Positions 18,923 to 26,101 of a stretch of DNA of 33,670 nucleotides are shown here, in pieces. How positions within the stretch are numbered: the stretch's first letter is position 1; each line of letters begins with the position of its first letter. The DNA is taken from positions 1 through 33,670 of the IMG/VR virus record IMGVR_UViG_3300044657_000837, one strand, 5' to 3'. Under the pieces are notes generated by a model. It had not been told where the DNA came from, did not search any database, and saw nothing but the letters and a program-made list of their open reading frames with translations. This stretch comes from a virus. Taxonomy: Duplodnaviria > Caudoviricetes. Made by a program: the position numbers and the translations under genes.

Positions 18923-19312
18923 ATGACCCCTCTTGAGCTGGAATTGATACGCCTCGCCGCGCCAATCGCCTCGTCCGTCCTTGCAATTGGCTCAGGCATC
19001 GCCATCGCGGCGATAAAATGGTATTGGGGCAGCGTCGTCAAGCGCATGGACTCGATAGCCTCGGCCGTCTCGTCTGTGGAGGTCCGGTTGGGCTCGATCG
19101 AACACGAGATGCGCCAGCAGATTGCCGAGATTCGCAACCAGACTCAGCACCGGGATGATGTGATGGCCGGGAATGTCGCGGCGCGCCTGGAACGCATCGA
19201 GGGTATCTGCGAGACTCAGCACGGCATACAGCAACTGCGCAGGCGAGAGGACGGCAAGACTTCTGCCACTTGGCTGCAATCGTCGGACATCACCGGCGGC
19301 AAAATGAGCTGA
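18923..19312 (+). CDS. Single-TM coiled-coil membrane protein (possibly holin-like)
   Basis: Hydrophobic LAAPIASSVLAIGSGIAIAAIKWYW followed by heptad-like segment; start 18911 (TTG) or 18923 (ATG). Confidence 0.55.
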   Translation: MTPLELELIRLAAPIASSVLAIGSGIAIAAIKWYWGSVVKRMDSIASAVSSVEVRLGSIEHEMRQQIAEIRNQTQHRDDVMAGNVAARLERIEGICETQHGIQQLRRREDGKTSATWLQSSDITGGKMS

Positions 19313-19313
19313 C

Positions 19314-19643
19314 ATGCGCCACGCTCGCCGCCTGATGAACTGCTGGCTGGTCGCGATGTGGTTTTGGGGCCGGTCTTGGTGCGCGTACCCGGTGGCGATC
19401 CGGCGTAGTCATGCGTTCGCGCTGGTGCCGCATTTCATCGCCACCATGCCGAGCCGCTGGCGTCACTTTTTCGCCGTCGAGTACATCCCGCCGAGGCGCC
19501 GGCGATGGACGCTTGATGACTTCGTTCTGCTGTTCCGGGGGCGCTACAGGGTCACGGAATACCGGGCCGTCCGCGTGAAGTGGTTCGACTCTCGTGCCGA
19601 AGTGATGGCGTGGACGGCTTGGCGCCGGCAGATGGCGCCGTAG
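19314..19643 (+). CDS. Hypothetical basic, Trp/Arg-rich phage protein
   Basis: Starts right after previous stop; NCW..IRRS..PHF..LFRG pattern. Confidence 0.55.
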   Translation: MRHARRLMNCWLVAMWFWGRSWCAYPVAIRRSHAFALVPHFIATMPSRWRHFFAVEYIPPRRRRWTLDDFVLLFRGRYRVTEYRAVRVKWFDSRAEVMAWTAWRRQMAP

Positions 19644-19684
19644 CGGTGCTGGCCGTTTGCCTACTGTGTCGCAGCCGGCTGCTT

Positions 19685-19709
19685 TGGTGCCGAGAGGGGG
19701 AATCGAACC
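19685..19709 (-). other. att-like core: 3' end of a tRNA (Leu most likely, Phe possible)
   Basis: Minus strand reads GGTTCGATTCCCCCTCTCGGCACCA: T-loop, 3' T-stem, acceptor 3' strand and CCA; sits where the two arms converge. Confidence 0.8.
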
Positions 19710-19767
19710 GGGGCGCAAAACCTACGCCTGGCGGTCGGTAGACGTATTTTTGCCGGACTATTTTTTG

Positions 19768-20271
19768 TCAGGAAGCAGCGACCATACTTTCAATATGCTC
19801 AATCAGCTGCCATCCGCTTATGTACGGCACTTGCTTACCTGTCGTGGTTGGCATGGTGAAATAACCGATCTTCCCTTCTCTAACCCACTGCCTAACCAGC
19901 CGTGAGCTCACATCGAGAGCATTTGCGGCGCCGTGCAGTGAGTAGACGGGGTTAAAGTAAACGATTCTCGCCGTCAGGTCTTTCTTGGCTTGCGTTGTCG
20001 CCATAAGCGCATCGTCTGCCTTGCGCTGCGCTTCCGCTGCCGCTTTTTTGTGGTGTATGTTGTGCATCGGCCGGTCTTGAATGATGGCGCTACGCTCAGC
20101 TGCGAGCGCTTCTTCTCGACTGTCGAAGTGCTCAATGGTCACTCGATCAATTGAATTGAACCACTCCGAGTTCTCGGCGTGCTGACCTAGGCGCTGCAGC
20201 GCACTCAAAGAAACACCAACGTACAAAAGCTCCCCTACGTTGTTGAAGTGCCTGTAAAGACTAGTCCTCAT
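19768..20271 (-). CDS. GIY-YIG nuclease domain fused to excisionase-like HTH
   Basis: LYRHFN..GELLYVGVS....RLGQH and REEALAAE..AI..P.HN; C-terminal YSLHGAANALDVSSRLVRQWVREGKI. Confidence 0.8.
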   Translation of the reverse strand: MRTSLYRHFNNVGELLYVGVSLSALQRLGQHAENSEWFNSIDRVTIEHFDSREEALAAERSAIIQDRPMHNIHHKKAAAEAQRKADDALMATTQAKKDLTARIVYFNPVYSLHGAANALDVSSRLVRQWVREGKIGYFTMPTTTGKQVPYISGWQLIEHIESMVAAS

Positions 20272-20564
20272 GCCCTCTCCCTCTGCCCCTCAACCACGTG
20301 CGCCTTGTTGTACTCAGCCTCGTAGGCGTCCGCCGCGGCATCAAGGCTGCCTTGGTTTATGTGCAGACATGACATCGGGTGCGGCTGCTCTTGCTCGTGC
20401 TTTCTCTGGTCGGCAATGTGCTTTATCCAATCTGTATCGCTCCAACCAACAGGCGTTGGCGCTCTTGAGCGCTCTCCGTCGGGCGAGTCGTACCGCTTCC
20501 CGCGATCGTTCATTGTTTTGATGGCGCGCTGCAGGAAGTCGCGAGCTGTTAATGTTTCTGTCAT
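20268..20564 (-). CDS. Hypothetical protein, possibly chimeric
   Basis: ATGA overlaps on both sides; N-terminal DFLQRA..MNDRGKRYDSPDGERS. Confidence 0.6.
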   Translation of the reverse strand: MTETLTARDFLQRAIKTMNDRGKRYDSPDGERSRAPTPVGWSDTDWIKHIADQRKHEQEQPHPMSCLHINQGSLDAAADAYEAEYNKAHVVEGQRERA

Positions 20565-20734
20565 GGCCTGACCTTCTCAAGAGCTTCCTGCACAAGCTTC
20601 GGCATCATGTACTCCAATTCATTGTGCAGGTTGGTGAATTGCACAGCACAACGCTTGTAACCATTCCACGTGTCGGTACGGCTTACGGCCGGCTCTGGCC
20701 CGTCTGGCCACTCAAAAACGACGGTGTATTTCAT
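20561..20734 (-). CDS. Hypothetical protein (57 aa, MKYTVVFEWPDG...)
   Basis: Not in ORF track; read manually; fills the gap exactly with ATGA overlaps at both ends. Confidence 0.7.
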   Translation of the reverse strand: MKYTVVFEWPDGPEPAVSRTDTWNGYKRCAVQFTNLHNELEYMMPKLVQEALEKVRP

Positions 20735-20949
20735 TTGATTGCCTCCTTCACCTTGTCGCGCAAGCCACCAATAAACCGTCTGTGCTCCAGATATTTATCC
20801 GCCGCGACCAGAGCATCAAGCATCTCCTCCATCCGCTCAGCCGCCTCCAGAATCGCCGCATTGGCTACCCCGTCCGGGCTATCGATGTCGCGGGCCAGCG
20901 CTCGCATCGCTGCGATGATAGTGGTCGTGCTGCTTCGTGGTGTGCTCAT
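20731..20949 (-). CDS. Hypothetical protein
   Basis: 72 aa, coupled overlaps, helical. Confidence 0.7.
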   Translation of the reverse strand: MSTPRSSTTTIIAAMRALARDIDSPDGVANAAILEAAERMEEMLDALVAADKYLEHRRFIGGLRDKVKEAIK

Positions 20950-21260
20950 GCGCTTTCCTTCTCAGGCGTCAGCAGCGTCTGTGTGATCCACGTAAGCAGC
21001 TCCCACCGCGACGGCAGCAGGTGCGTTTGGCGCGAGTTCGACAGCCGCCCTTCGCCCCATTCGATCACGGTGTAATACTCGCGAGATAGCCCGTAGATCG
21101 GTGGCGTGATGGTGTAGCGCACGCCGCGAGCGTCGAACAGGCAAATCTCGTCCACGGCGTCGCGCGCCAGGGCGAACATGCCGACCGGCGCAGTTTTGCG
21201 CATATGCTGGATGGTGGCGGCAAGTTCGGCTTTTTCGGGCCAGGTGTTGCCGCCGCTCAT
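20946..21260 (-). CDS. Hypothetical protein
   Basis: 104 aa, ATGA overlaps at both ends. Confidence 0.65.
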   Translation of the reverse strand: MSGGNTWPEKAELAATIQHMRKTAPVGMFALARDAVDEICLFDARGVRYTITPPIYGLSREYYTVIEWGEGRLSNSRQTHLLPSRWELLTWITQTLLTPEKESA

Positions 21261-21556
21261 CGCATTACGTGCGTCGTGACGTTGCCGTTGACGATCTTCA
21301 TCCCGGTTGCAGTCCTGCCGCCCGCCTCACGCTGCTGGCTTTCTGCAGGCGCCGGAAGGGCCGGAATGAAATCCGTGCCGCGCCCTGCCCCGGCCACGCG
21401 CATGTGGTCAATTTCGAGCTTGGCGCTGTTGATGATCACCTGGGCGGTGTCATTGATCGCCCTGGCGCGCTCTGTGTCGAGCGGGTTGTCGCGGTCCCGC
21501 AGTCCGCGCAACGTCTCGAACAGAGCATCTCTGAGGGTGTTGATGTCATTGCTCAA
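21257..21556 (-). CDS. Conserved phage protein adjacent to HNH gene
   Basis: TTG start overlapping the HNH stop; NDINTLRDALFETL..ERARAI..AQVIINSAKLE. Confidence 0.75.
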   Translation of the reverse strand: MSNDINTLRDALFETLRGLRDRDNPLDTERARAINDTAQVIINSAKLEIDHMRVAGAGRGTDFIPALPAPAESQQREAGGRTATGMKIVNGNVTTHVMR

Positions 21557-22209
21557 GGTCTTTCCTTTCCTTCTCTTCGGTTGATCTGCCGGATAATGGC
21601 GCCGCGGAGCTGCACGAGCTTTGCCACCTCCTGGCCGTAGTTGTGCACCGAGTTGCGACGCATCAGCTCGGCGCGTGAAATAAGCTCGAGGTTCTCGAGC
21701 GCAAAGTTTGTGCGGTCGCCGTCTCTGAAAGTCAGCGCCATGTCTTTCGGCACCTTCCCGAGCCCTGCCTCCTGCCAAACAATGTGGTGCACCGCCACCC
21801 AGTCGCGCGGCGGGTATCCGGTCTCTGTCATCTTCCGCCGCACGAATCCGTCGACCATCCGCTCGCTGCCGAGCGGGCGGTAGTTGTGCGGCAAGCTCGC
21901 CGGTTTGAATCGTGTCGATGCTGATGCGCCGCCTGCCGTGAATCGAATGCCCTTGTTCCATGTGGCGTGACCTGGCGCGAATCCGCTCCACTTTGGCGAC
22001 TGATGCGCTTTCCTGGAGCACGCTTGCAGATGGGCCTTCATCCACTCCGGGTCTTTCTTGATGCCGAGCGCCGCGGCTTTGTCGTGCAACTGAGAGGGCT
22101 TGAGACCCATTTCCGCGGCTAGATCTTCGGTGTTCATGACCGGATAGCGCGCGGCGAAGGTTGCCTCCTCGTCTGGCGTCCAAACGTGGCGCTGGGTGTT
22201 TCGTTTCAT
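21553..22209 (-). CDS. HNH endonuclease-family protein with N-terminal HTH-like region
   Basis: WVAVHHIVW..G.VP....FRDGDRTNFALENLELISRAELMRRN; first catalytic His position appears substituted (LTFRDG). Confidence 0.85.
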   Translation of the reverse strand: MKRNTQRHVWTPDEEATFAARYPVMNTEDLAAEMGLKPSQLHDKAAALGIKKDPEWMKAHLQACSRKAHQSPKWSGFAPGHATWNKGIRFTAGGASASTRFKPASLPHNYRPLGSERMVDGFVRRKMTETGYPPRDWVAVHHIVWQEAGLGKVPKDMALTFRDGDRTNFALENLELISRAELMRRNSVHNYGQEVAKLVQLRGAIIRQINRREGKERP

Positions 22210-23282
22210 TCGCCTGCCCACTTCGCCAGCAGCTCGTCAATGGCGATAATCACTTCGTCTAGCTGCCAGTACTCCATGCCGGCGCACCTGTCGGAGATCA
22301 AATCCAGGCGGTCGGCAATGCGGCGCGACTCTTCGGTTTGCTTCGCCTGTTGCTCTGCCTCAACGCGCTCGCGCTCGGCCCGCTCGGCCGCTTCCTTTGC
22401 GTCCTTCTCTGCCTGGATGGCGCGCTGCTGCTCGGCGATCTCGGCCTCCTTCGCGGCCAGTTCGGCCCGCGCTTTTGCTGCCGCTTCCCGCTCGATGCGC
22501 AGCTCCTCGGCGGCGATCCGGTCGCGCTCGGCCTGGATGCGCTCCTGCTCGGCCTTCGCTGCAGCCGCCTCAATCCGGCGTTGCTCCTCGGCGGCTTCCT
22601 GCTGCTTGCGCAGCTCGGCAAGCTCTGCGGCATGTGCGGCTGCAGCGGCTTCGGCGGCGAGTATTGCGGCTTCGGCTTCGGCCTTGATGCGTGCGGCCTC
22701 TTCATCTGCGGCGATCTTCGCGTCTACGATGGATGCGACGGCAGCGCGTGCGTCTTGCAGAACGCCGAGTGCCTTTTCCTTGTACTCGCCGTAGGTGCTG
22801 TCGATTTCGAGGTCCTGCAGCTCGAAAAACAGCTTTTTAGCGCGATCCAACGAATATGTCGCAGCCGCGGCCGGGTAGTCGCGCAGAGCCTGAATACGGC
22901 ACAGAATCTCGTCAATGCGCTCCTTCTCCTTCTTCTCGGCCTCTTCCCGGATGCGCGCCTGCTCTGCATCCCATGCGTCACGCAGGCCTTTCAACCGGGC
23001 TTCCTCGGCCTCTACGATACCGATCAGCCGTCGCTCTTCGGCGATGACCGCCTTGCTGAATGCGTTGGCGTCGTCGCGGGCCGTCTTTCCTGCCGAGACA
23101 ATCGCCGTGCGGGCCTTGGTGATGGCCATCGCGGCTTTGTGGCACTCTTCGCGGCCGGCGCGATTGGTGACTGATGTAATGCCAACGGTGCCGGCAAGCA
23201 GCTCGCGCAGATGCGCCTCTGCGGCGGTGGATTTCAGCGCGATGGCTGCGCGTGCGGGGAGGGTTAGTGCAGTGGATTCCAT
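22206..23282 (-). CDS. Long coiled-coil protein (A/E/R/K-rich) of the recombination region
   Basis: GGAG RBS before ATG 23282; extended EAER/AAEE heptads. Confidence 0.8.
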   Translation of the reverse strand: MESTALTLPARAAIALKSTAAEAHLRELLAGTVGITSVTNRAGREECHKAAMAITKARTAIVSAGKTARDDANAFSKAVIAEERRLIGIVEAEEARLKGLRDAWDAEQARIREEAEKKEKERIDEILCRIQALRDYPAAAATYSLDRAKKLFFELQDLEIDSTYGEYKEKALGVLQDARAAVASIVDAKIAADEEAARIKAEAEAAILAAEAAAAAHAAELAELRKQQEAAEEQRRIEAAAAKAEQERIQAERDRIAAEELRIEREAAAKARAELAAKEAEIAEQQRAIQAEKDAKEAAERAERERVEAEQQAKQTEESRRIADRLDLISDRCAGMEYWQLDEVIIAIDELLAKWAGE

Positions 23283-23296
23283 TCGGTTTTCTCCGG

Positions 23297-23905
23297 TCAA
23301 AGTATGTCGTCGTGTTTTTCTGCATCGGCGGCTTTGGCCACCTTCGACCATCCGCCGTGCAAATGCCTGATGCTCGCTTTCTGGTCCGCGTCGAGATTTC
23401 CAAGCCACGCCGAGTACATCGCGACACCATCGCTTGCCGCGGCATTGCCGGCAGACACGAGGCCGGCGTCAGGCGTTGGTGTGGCGTCTGCCGGCGCAGG
23501 CTTGGCCGGAGTCTCGACGGCCAGCGGCTTGACGGTGTAAGCCTTCTTGGTGCCTCGCGTGGCCGTCAGTGCCATGACTAGATCCTTGCTTATGTGCGAC
23601 ATGGCGCCGATCCTGATACCTCCGACAGCGGAGCCACCGAAGCGCACGGATTCATCAAGGTAAAGCGTCAAGCTGCGACCGGCATACTTCGCCCCGTCTG
23701 CCCCCCATGCTTTGACGAGAACGCGGCGCATGGATTTACACGGCTTCCATGGCTTTCCTTCGTCGTTTTGAAAGCTGATGGCGACAGGCTGATCCTCGGC
23801 AACCAGCTTGACGCCGGTAATCGTGATCGTGCGCGGGCCGCCGATCAGGTCGTCTGCGTTGAGTTGATCGCTTTTCGGGGCGATGGTTTTCGACAGGTCT
23901 AACAT
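23297..23905 (-). CDS. Conserved phage protein, candidate ssDNA-binding/annealing partner of the exonuclease
   Basis: AGGAGG RBS; KSDQLNADDL, KPCKSMRRVL, GGIRI..MSHI; overlaps the exonuclease gene. Confidence 0.75.
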   Translation of the reverse strand: MLDLSKTIAPKSDQLNADDLIGGPRTITITGVKLVAEDQPVAISFQNDEGKPWKPCKSMRRVLVKAWGADGAKYAGRSLTLYLDESVRFGGSAVGGIRIGAMSHISKDLVMALTATRGTKKAYTVKPLAVETPAKPAPADATPTPDAGLVSAGNAAASDGVAMYSAWLGNLDADQKASIRHLHGGWSKVAKAADAEKHDDIL

Positions 23906-24576
23906 GTGATTTCCTCCTGGATGGTCCTGACTGTGTTGATGACGACCGGCTGGCGATCTAGCCAGTCCGCGTATTTCATGCGAGCAACGTTCAGTCGGTG
24001 CTCAAAATCTGCTGCAGCGGCGATGATTGCCTCCTGGTAACGCGCATCCGGAAAAACGCGCTTGACGTACATCGGCAGGCCGGCGCAGTACGAGACAAAA
24101 TCCAGCCACTCGCGTCCGGTCACGAGCAAACCCGTCTGGATTTGCAGCATGTATTCCTCGGGCACTCTGTCTGCCAGGATCGTTTCGACTTGGAATTTCT
24201 GCCGGCGAGACTTGCACTCGATCAGGCCGTCGTCGTCGACAAGGCCGTCTGGCGAGTATCCGATGACGAATCCGTGATCGTCGTTCGTCACGAACCCGCA
24301 CTCAGTGACCGTCGCGAAGTGTTCGGCGTACCTGATGCGCGCCTCGATCTCGTCGTCGTATCCGCGCAGCATGTCGTCGCTGATGTAGCGCGGCTCGGTG
24401 TAGCCGGTGATACGCTGTCCGAGAAGCTCGAACAGGTGCGCGCGCTCTTTGTCATTGCTGGCCGGCTTGAGCGTCGGCGTTACGATCAGCTTCATTTCGC
24501 TGGCAGTCAGAATTCCGCAGCGCATGGCTAGCCATTCTTCAGTTCCTTGCTCGACGTCGTAGTGATAGCAAATCAT
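23899..24576 (-). CDS. YqaJ/lambda-exonuclease family recombination nuclease
   Basis: QGTEEWLAMR.G.LTAS, YSPDGLV, IECK, YMLQIQTGL, DFVSY; GGAGG RBS before ATG 24576. Confidence 0.92.
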   Translation of the reverse strand: MICYHYDVEQGTEEWLAMRCGILTASEMKLIVTPTLKPASNDKERAHLFELLGQRITGYTEPRYISDDMLRGYDDEIEARIRYAEHFATVTECGFVTNDDHGFVIGYSPDGLVDDDGLIECKSRRQKFQVETILADRVPEEYMLQIQTGLLVTGREWLDFVSYCAGLPMYVKRVFPDARYQEAIIAAAADFEHRLNVARMKYADWLDRQPVVINTVRTIQEEITC

Positions 24577-24600
24577 GCTGATATTCCTCCAGTTGATGCC

Positions 24601-24700
24601 GCAAAACAAATTTCACGGGGGACCAGCCCCATCCGGTTTCTCCGGCGCACGGATAATCCCGTTTCGGTTTGCGCCTGATCGCCCCTGAAATTTGCTCTGC
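24601..24700 (-). ncRNA. Candidate structured cis-RNA upstream of exonuclease gene
   Basis: ~25-nt imperfect inverted repeat closing internal hairpins; several mismatches become G-U pairs on the minus strand. Confidence 0.5.
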
Positions 24701-24706
24701 GCCGGT

Positions 24707-24946
24707 TCATGACAACGCCTCTTCAAGCGCAAACAGGGCCTCTTGAAGCGCCTTGCGCGCTTTCTCCATGTCGCGTAGAAACAGCGCAGTTTCAGCCATG
24801 TCGATTTCGTTGCGAAGTTTTGCGATCAGGTCTTGGCACTCCTCAACCTCATCAACGTCGTCGGTGTCAGGCGTCCGCGGGTCATGAGGATGGCCGGAGA
24901 AGACTGGCAGCAGGTCGCCGGGGCCTGGGTAGCGTGCGGGGTTCAT
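24707..24946 (-). CDS. Hypothetical acidic/coiled-coil protein
   Basis: ATG 24946 with purine-rich RBS; HPHDPRTP motif. Confidence 0.7.
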   Translation of the reverse strand: MNPARYPGPGDLLPVFSGHPHDPRTPDTDDVDEVEECQDLIAKLRNEIDMAETALFLRDMEKARKALQEALFALEEALS

Positions 24947-25161
24947 TCTTCCCCCTTCATTTTGTCGTAGCACGTTTCGCACAATGGCCCGACCGATTCG
25001 GAGCTTTCAGTCTCGACAAAAAGACTGTCCTCCTCGCAGCGGCCTGTCGGCTCCTCGCACTCGCAGCAGAGCTGCCGCGTACCGGGATAGTGCGAGGCGT
25101 TCCAACACTCATGCTCTTCCGGGTACATTGCGTGGCGCGTTCCGCCTGGCCATGTGTTCAT
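24943..25161 (-). CDS. Small zinc-finger-like protein
   Basis: CCEC..C and LCETC motifs. Confidence 0.7.
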   Translation of the reverse strand: MNTWPGGTRHAMYPEEHECWNASHYPGTRQLCCECEEPTGRCEEDSLFVETESSESVGPLCETCYDKMKGEE

Positions 25162-25177
25162 TGCAAGCCCTCAGGAT

Positions 25178-25285
25178 TTAGCTGATCAACGCGAAGAAAA
25201 GGAACGCAGCCAGAACGGACGACAGCCCTAGAATGGCCGCGCAAATCAGAACCTCAGTGACGCTGCTGGGGAAGTCGTCATTCAC
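25178..25285 (-). CDS. Small membrane peptide (35 aa)
   Basis: GTGA overlap with upstream ORF; hydrophobic VLICAAILGLSSVLAAFLFFALI. Confidence 0.5.
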   Translation of the reverse strand: MNDDFPSSVTEVLICAAILGLSSVLAAFLFFALIS

Positions 25286-25437
25286 AGCAGGCCTCCGATC
25301 ATGTCGGCCAGCAGCCACACAAAAACTAGCGCTGTCGCAACCAGCGCCGCCTTGTCGCCGACGGTCGGGCCGTCGCTCGGGGCGACGATCTGGCGCAGCT
25401 GGTCGTCGGTAAGTTTGATGCTGTTGATCGTCTTCAC
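25282..25437 (-). CDS. Small membrane peptide (51 aa), first leftward gene
   Basis: AGGAG RBS before GTG 25437; C-terminal hydrophobic helix. Confidence 0.6.
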   Translation of the reverse strand: MKTINSIKLTDDQLRQIVAPSDGPTVGDKAALVATALVFVWLLADMIGGLL

Positions 25438-25449
25438 TGTCAAGTCTCC

Positions 25450-26003
25450 TGTAGTTGATCGTTGCCCGTCTCTCCGGGCCGTCACGGTGCTGCTGCACGC
25501 ATATCCCCTCGCTTGCCGCGCGGCTTGAGGGCTTGACCTTCCTGCGCTCCTGGATCACCGTTTCCGATCAGTTCTTTGGTGCTGAAATTCGTTGCCGGTA
25601 TCTGCCGGCTTTCGCGGTTCTTTCGTCTGTGTCCGTTACGCCAGTCCGTTGTGGCCGCTGGTCGCCAATCGGTATCAGCGCAGCGCTCGAGATTTCCCGC
25701 CTCGTCGCCATTCCTTTAGTTGCGCCTCGCATCCCCGGCGTACAGGTGCTGCGCTGATTGTTGATGCGCCTCGTCCTTGATCGGCTAGTCGTTGTTCCGG
25801 CCCGTGCCGTCAGTGCAATCTTTCATGCCTGAGTCTTTCGCCAGTGGCTATCGGCTCAACCAAGGTGCGCGTCGAAGCGCATCAACAATCTCGACTCGGC
25901 AAGCAGGCCGGCTATAGTCAAGGCCGGCCTTGTGTTCGGCGGGGCTGTACAAAAACTTTCCGCCGTACCCGACCGTTTGGGGTGATGCGCTTGCTGAGTC
26001 GAT
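25450..26003 (-). ncRNA. Long structured non-coding leader of the leftward transcript
   Basis: No credible ORF; three abutting 11-18 bp closing stems and a fourth multi-stem domain, starting at the predicted TSS. Confidence 0.6.
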
Positions 26004-26009
26004 GAGTGC

Positions 26010-26038
26010 ACTTTATAGGCGCGTTTTGCTGTTGTCAA
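26010..26038 (-). promoter_or_regulatory. Leftward sigma70 promoter (PL-like)
   Basis: Minus strand TTGACA-17 nt-TAAAGT. Confidence 0.8.
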
Positions 26039-26064
26039 TAGGGAGTCTAATAATATTTCGCTTA

Positions 26065-26093
26065 TTGACAACCATGAAATTAGCCGGTACGAT
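26065..26093 (+). promoter_or_regulatory. Rightward sigma70 promoter (PR-like)
   Basis: TTGACA-17 nt-TACGAT, 8 nt before the cro ATG. Confidence 0.85.
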
Positions 26094-26101
26094 TCGCAGC
26101 T

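Noticed and set aside
19640-19770. Complete tRNA gene
   Set aside because: Only the T-loop to CCA is present; no pairing 5' T-stem, anticodon arm or D arm.
19657-19905. 82-aa plus-strand ORF across the att core
   Set aside because: TTG start, no RBS, overlaps the GIY-YIG gene on the opposite strand.
21557-22240. N-terminal 228 aa of the 327-aa ORF 21257-22240
   Set aside because: Alternative frame over the HNH gene; only the last 99 codons look like a real gene.
22300-22720. Repetitive GCTCGGC/CTCGGCG sequence as a DNA repeat array or CRISPR
   Set aside because: Explained by Ala/Glu/Arg codons of the coiled-coil protein; no constant repeat-spacer period.
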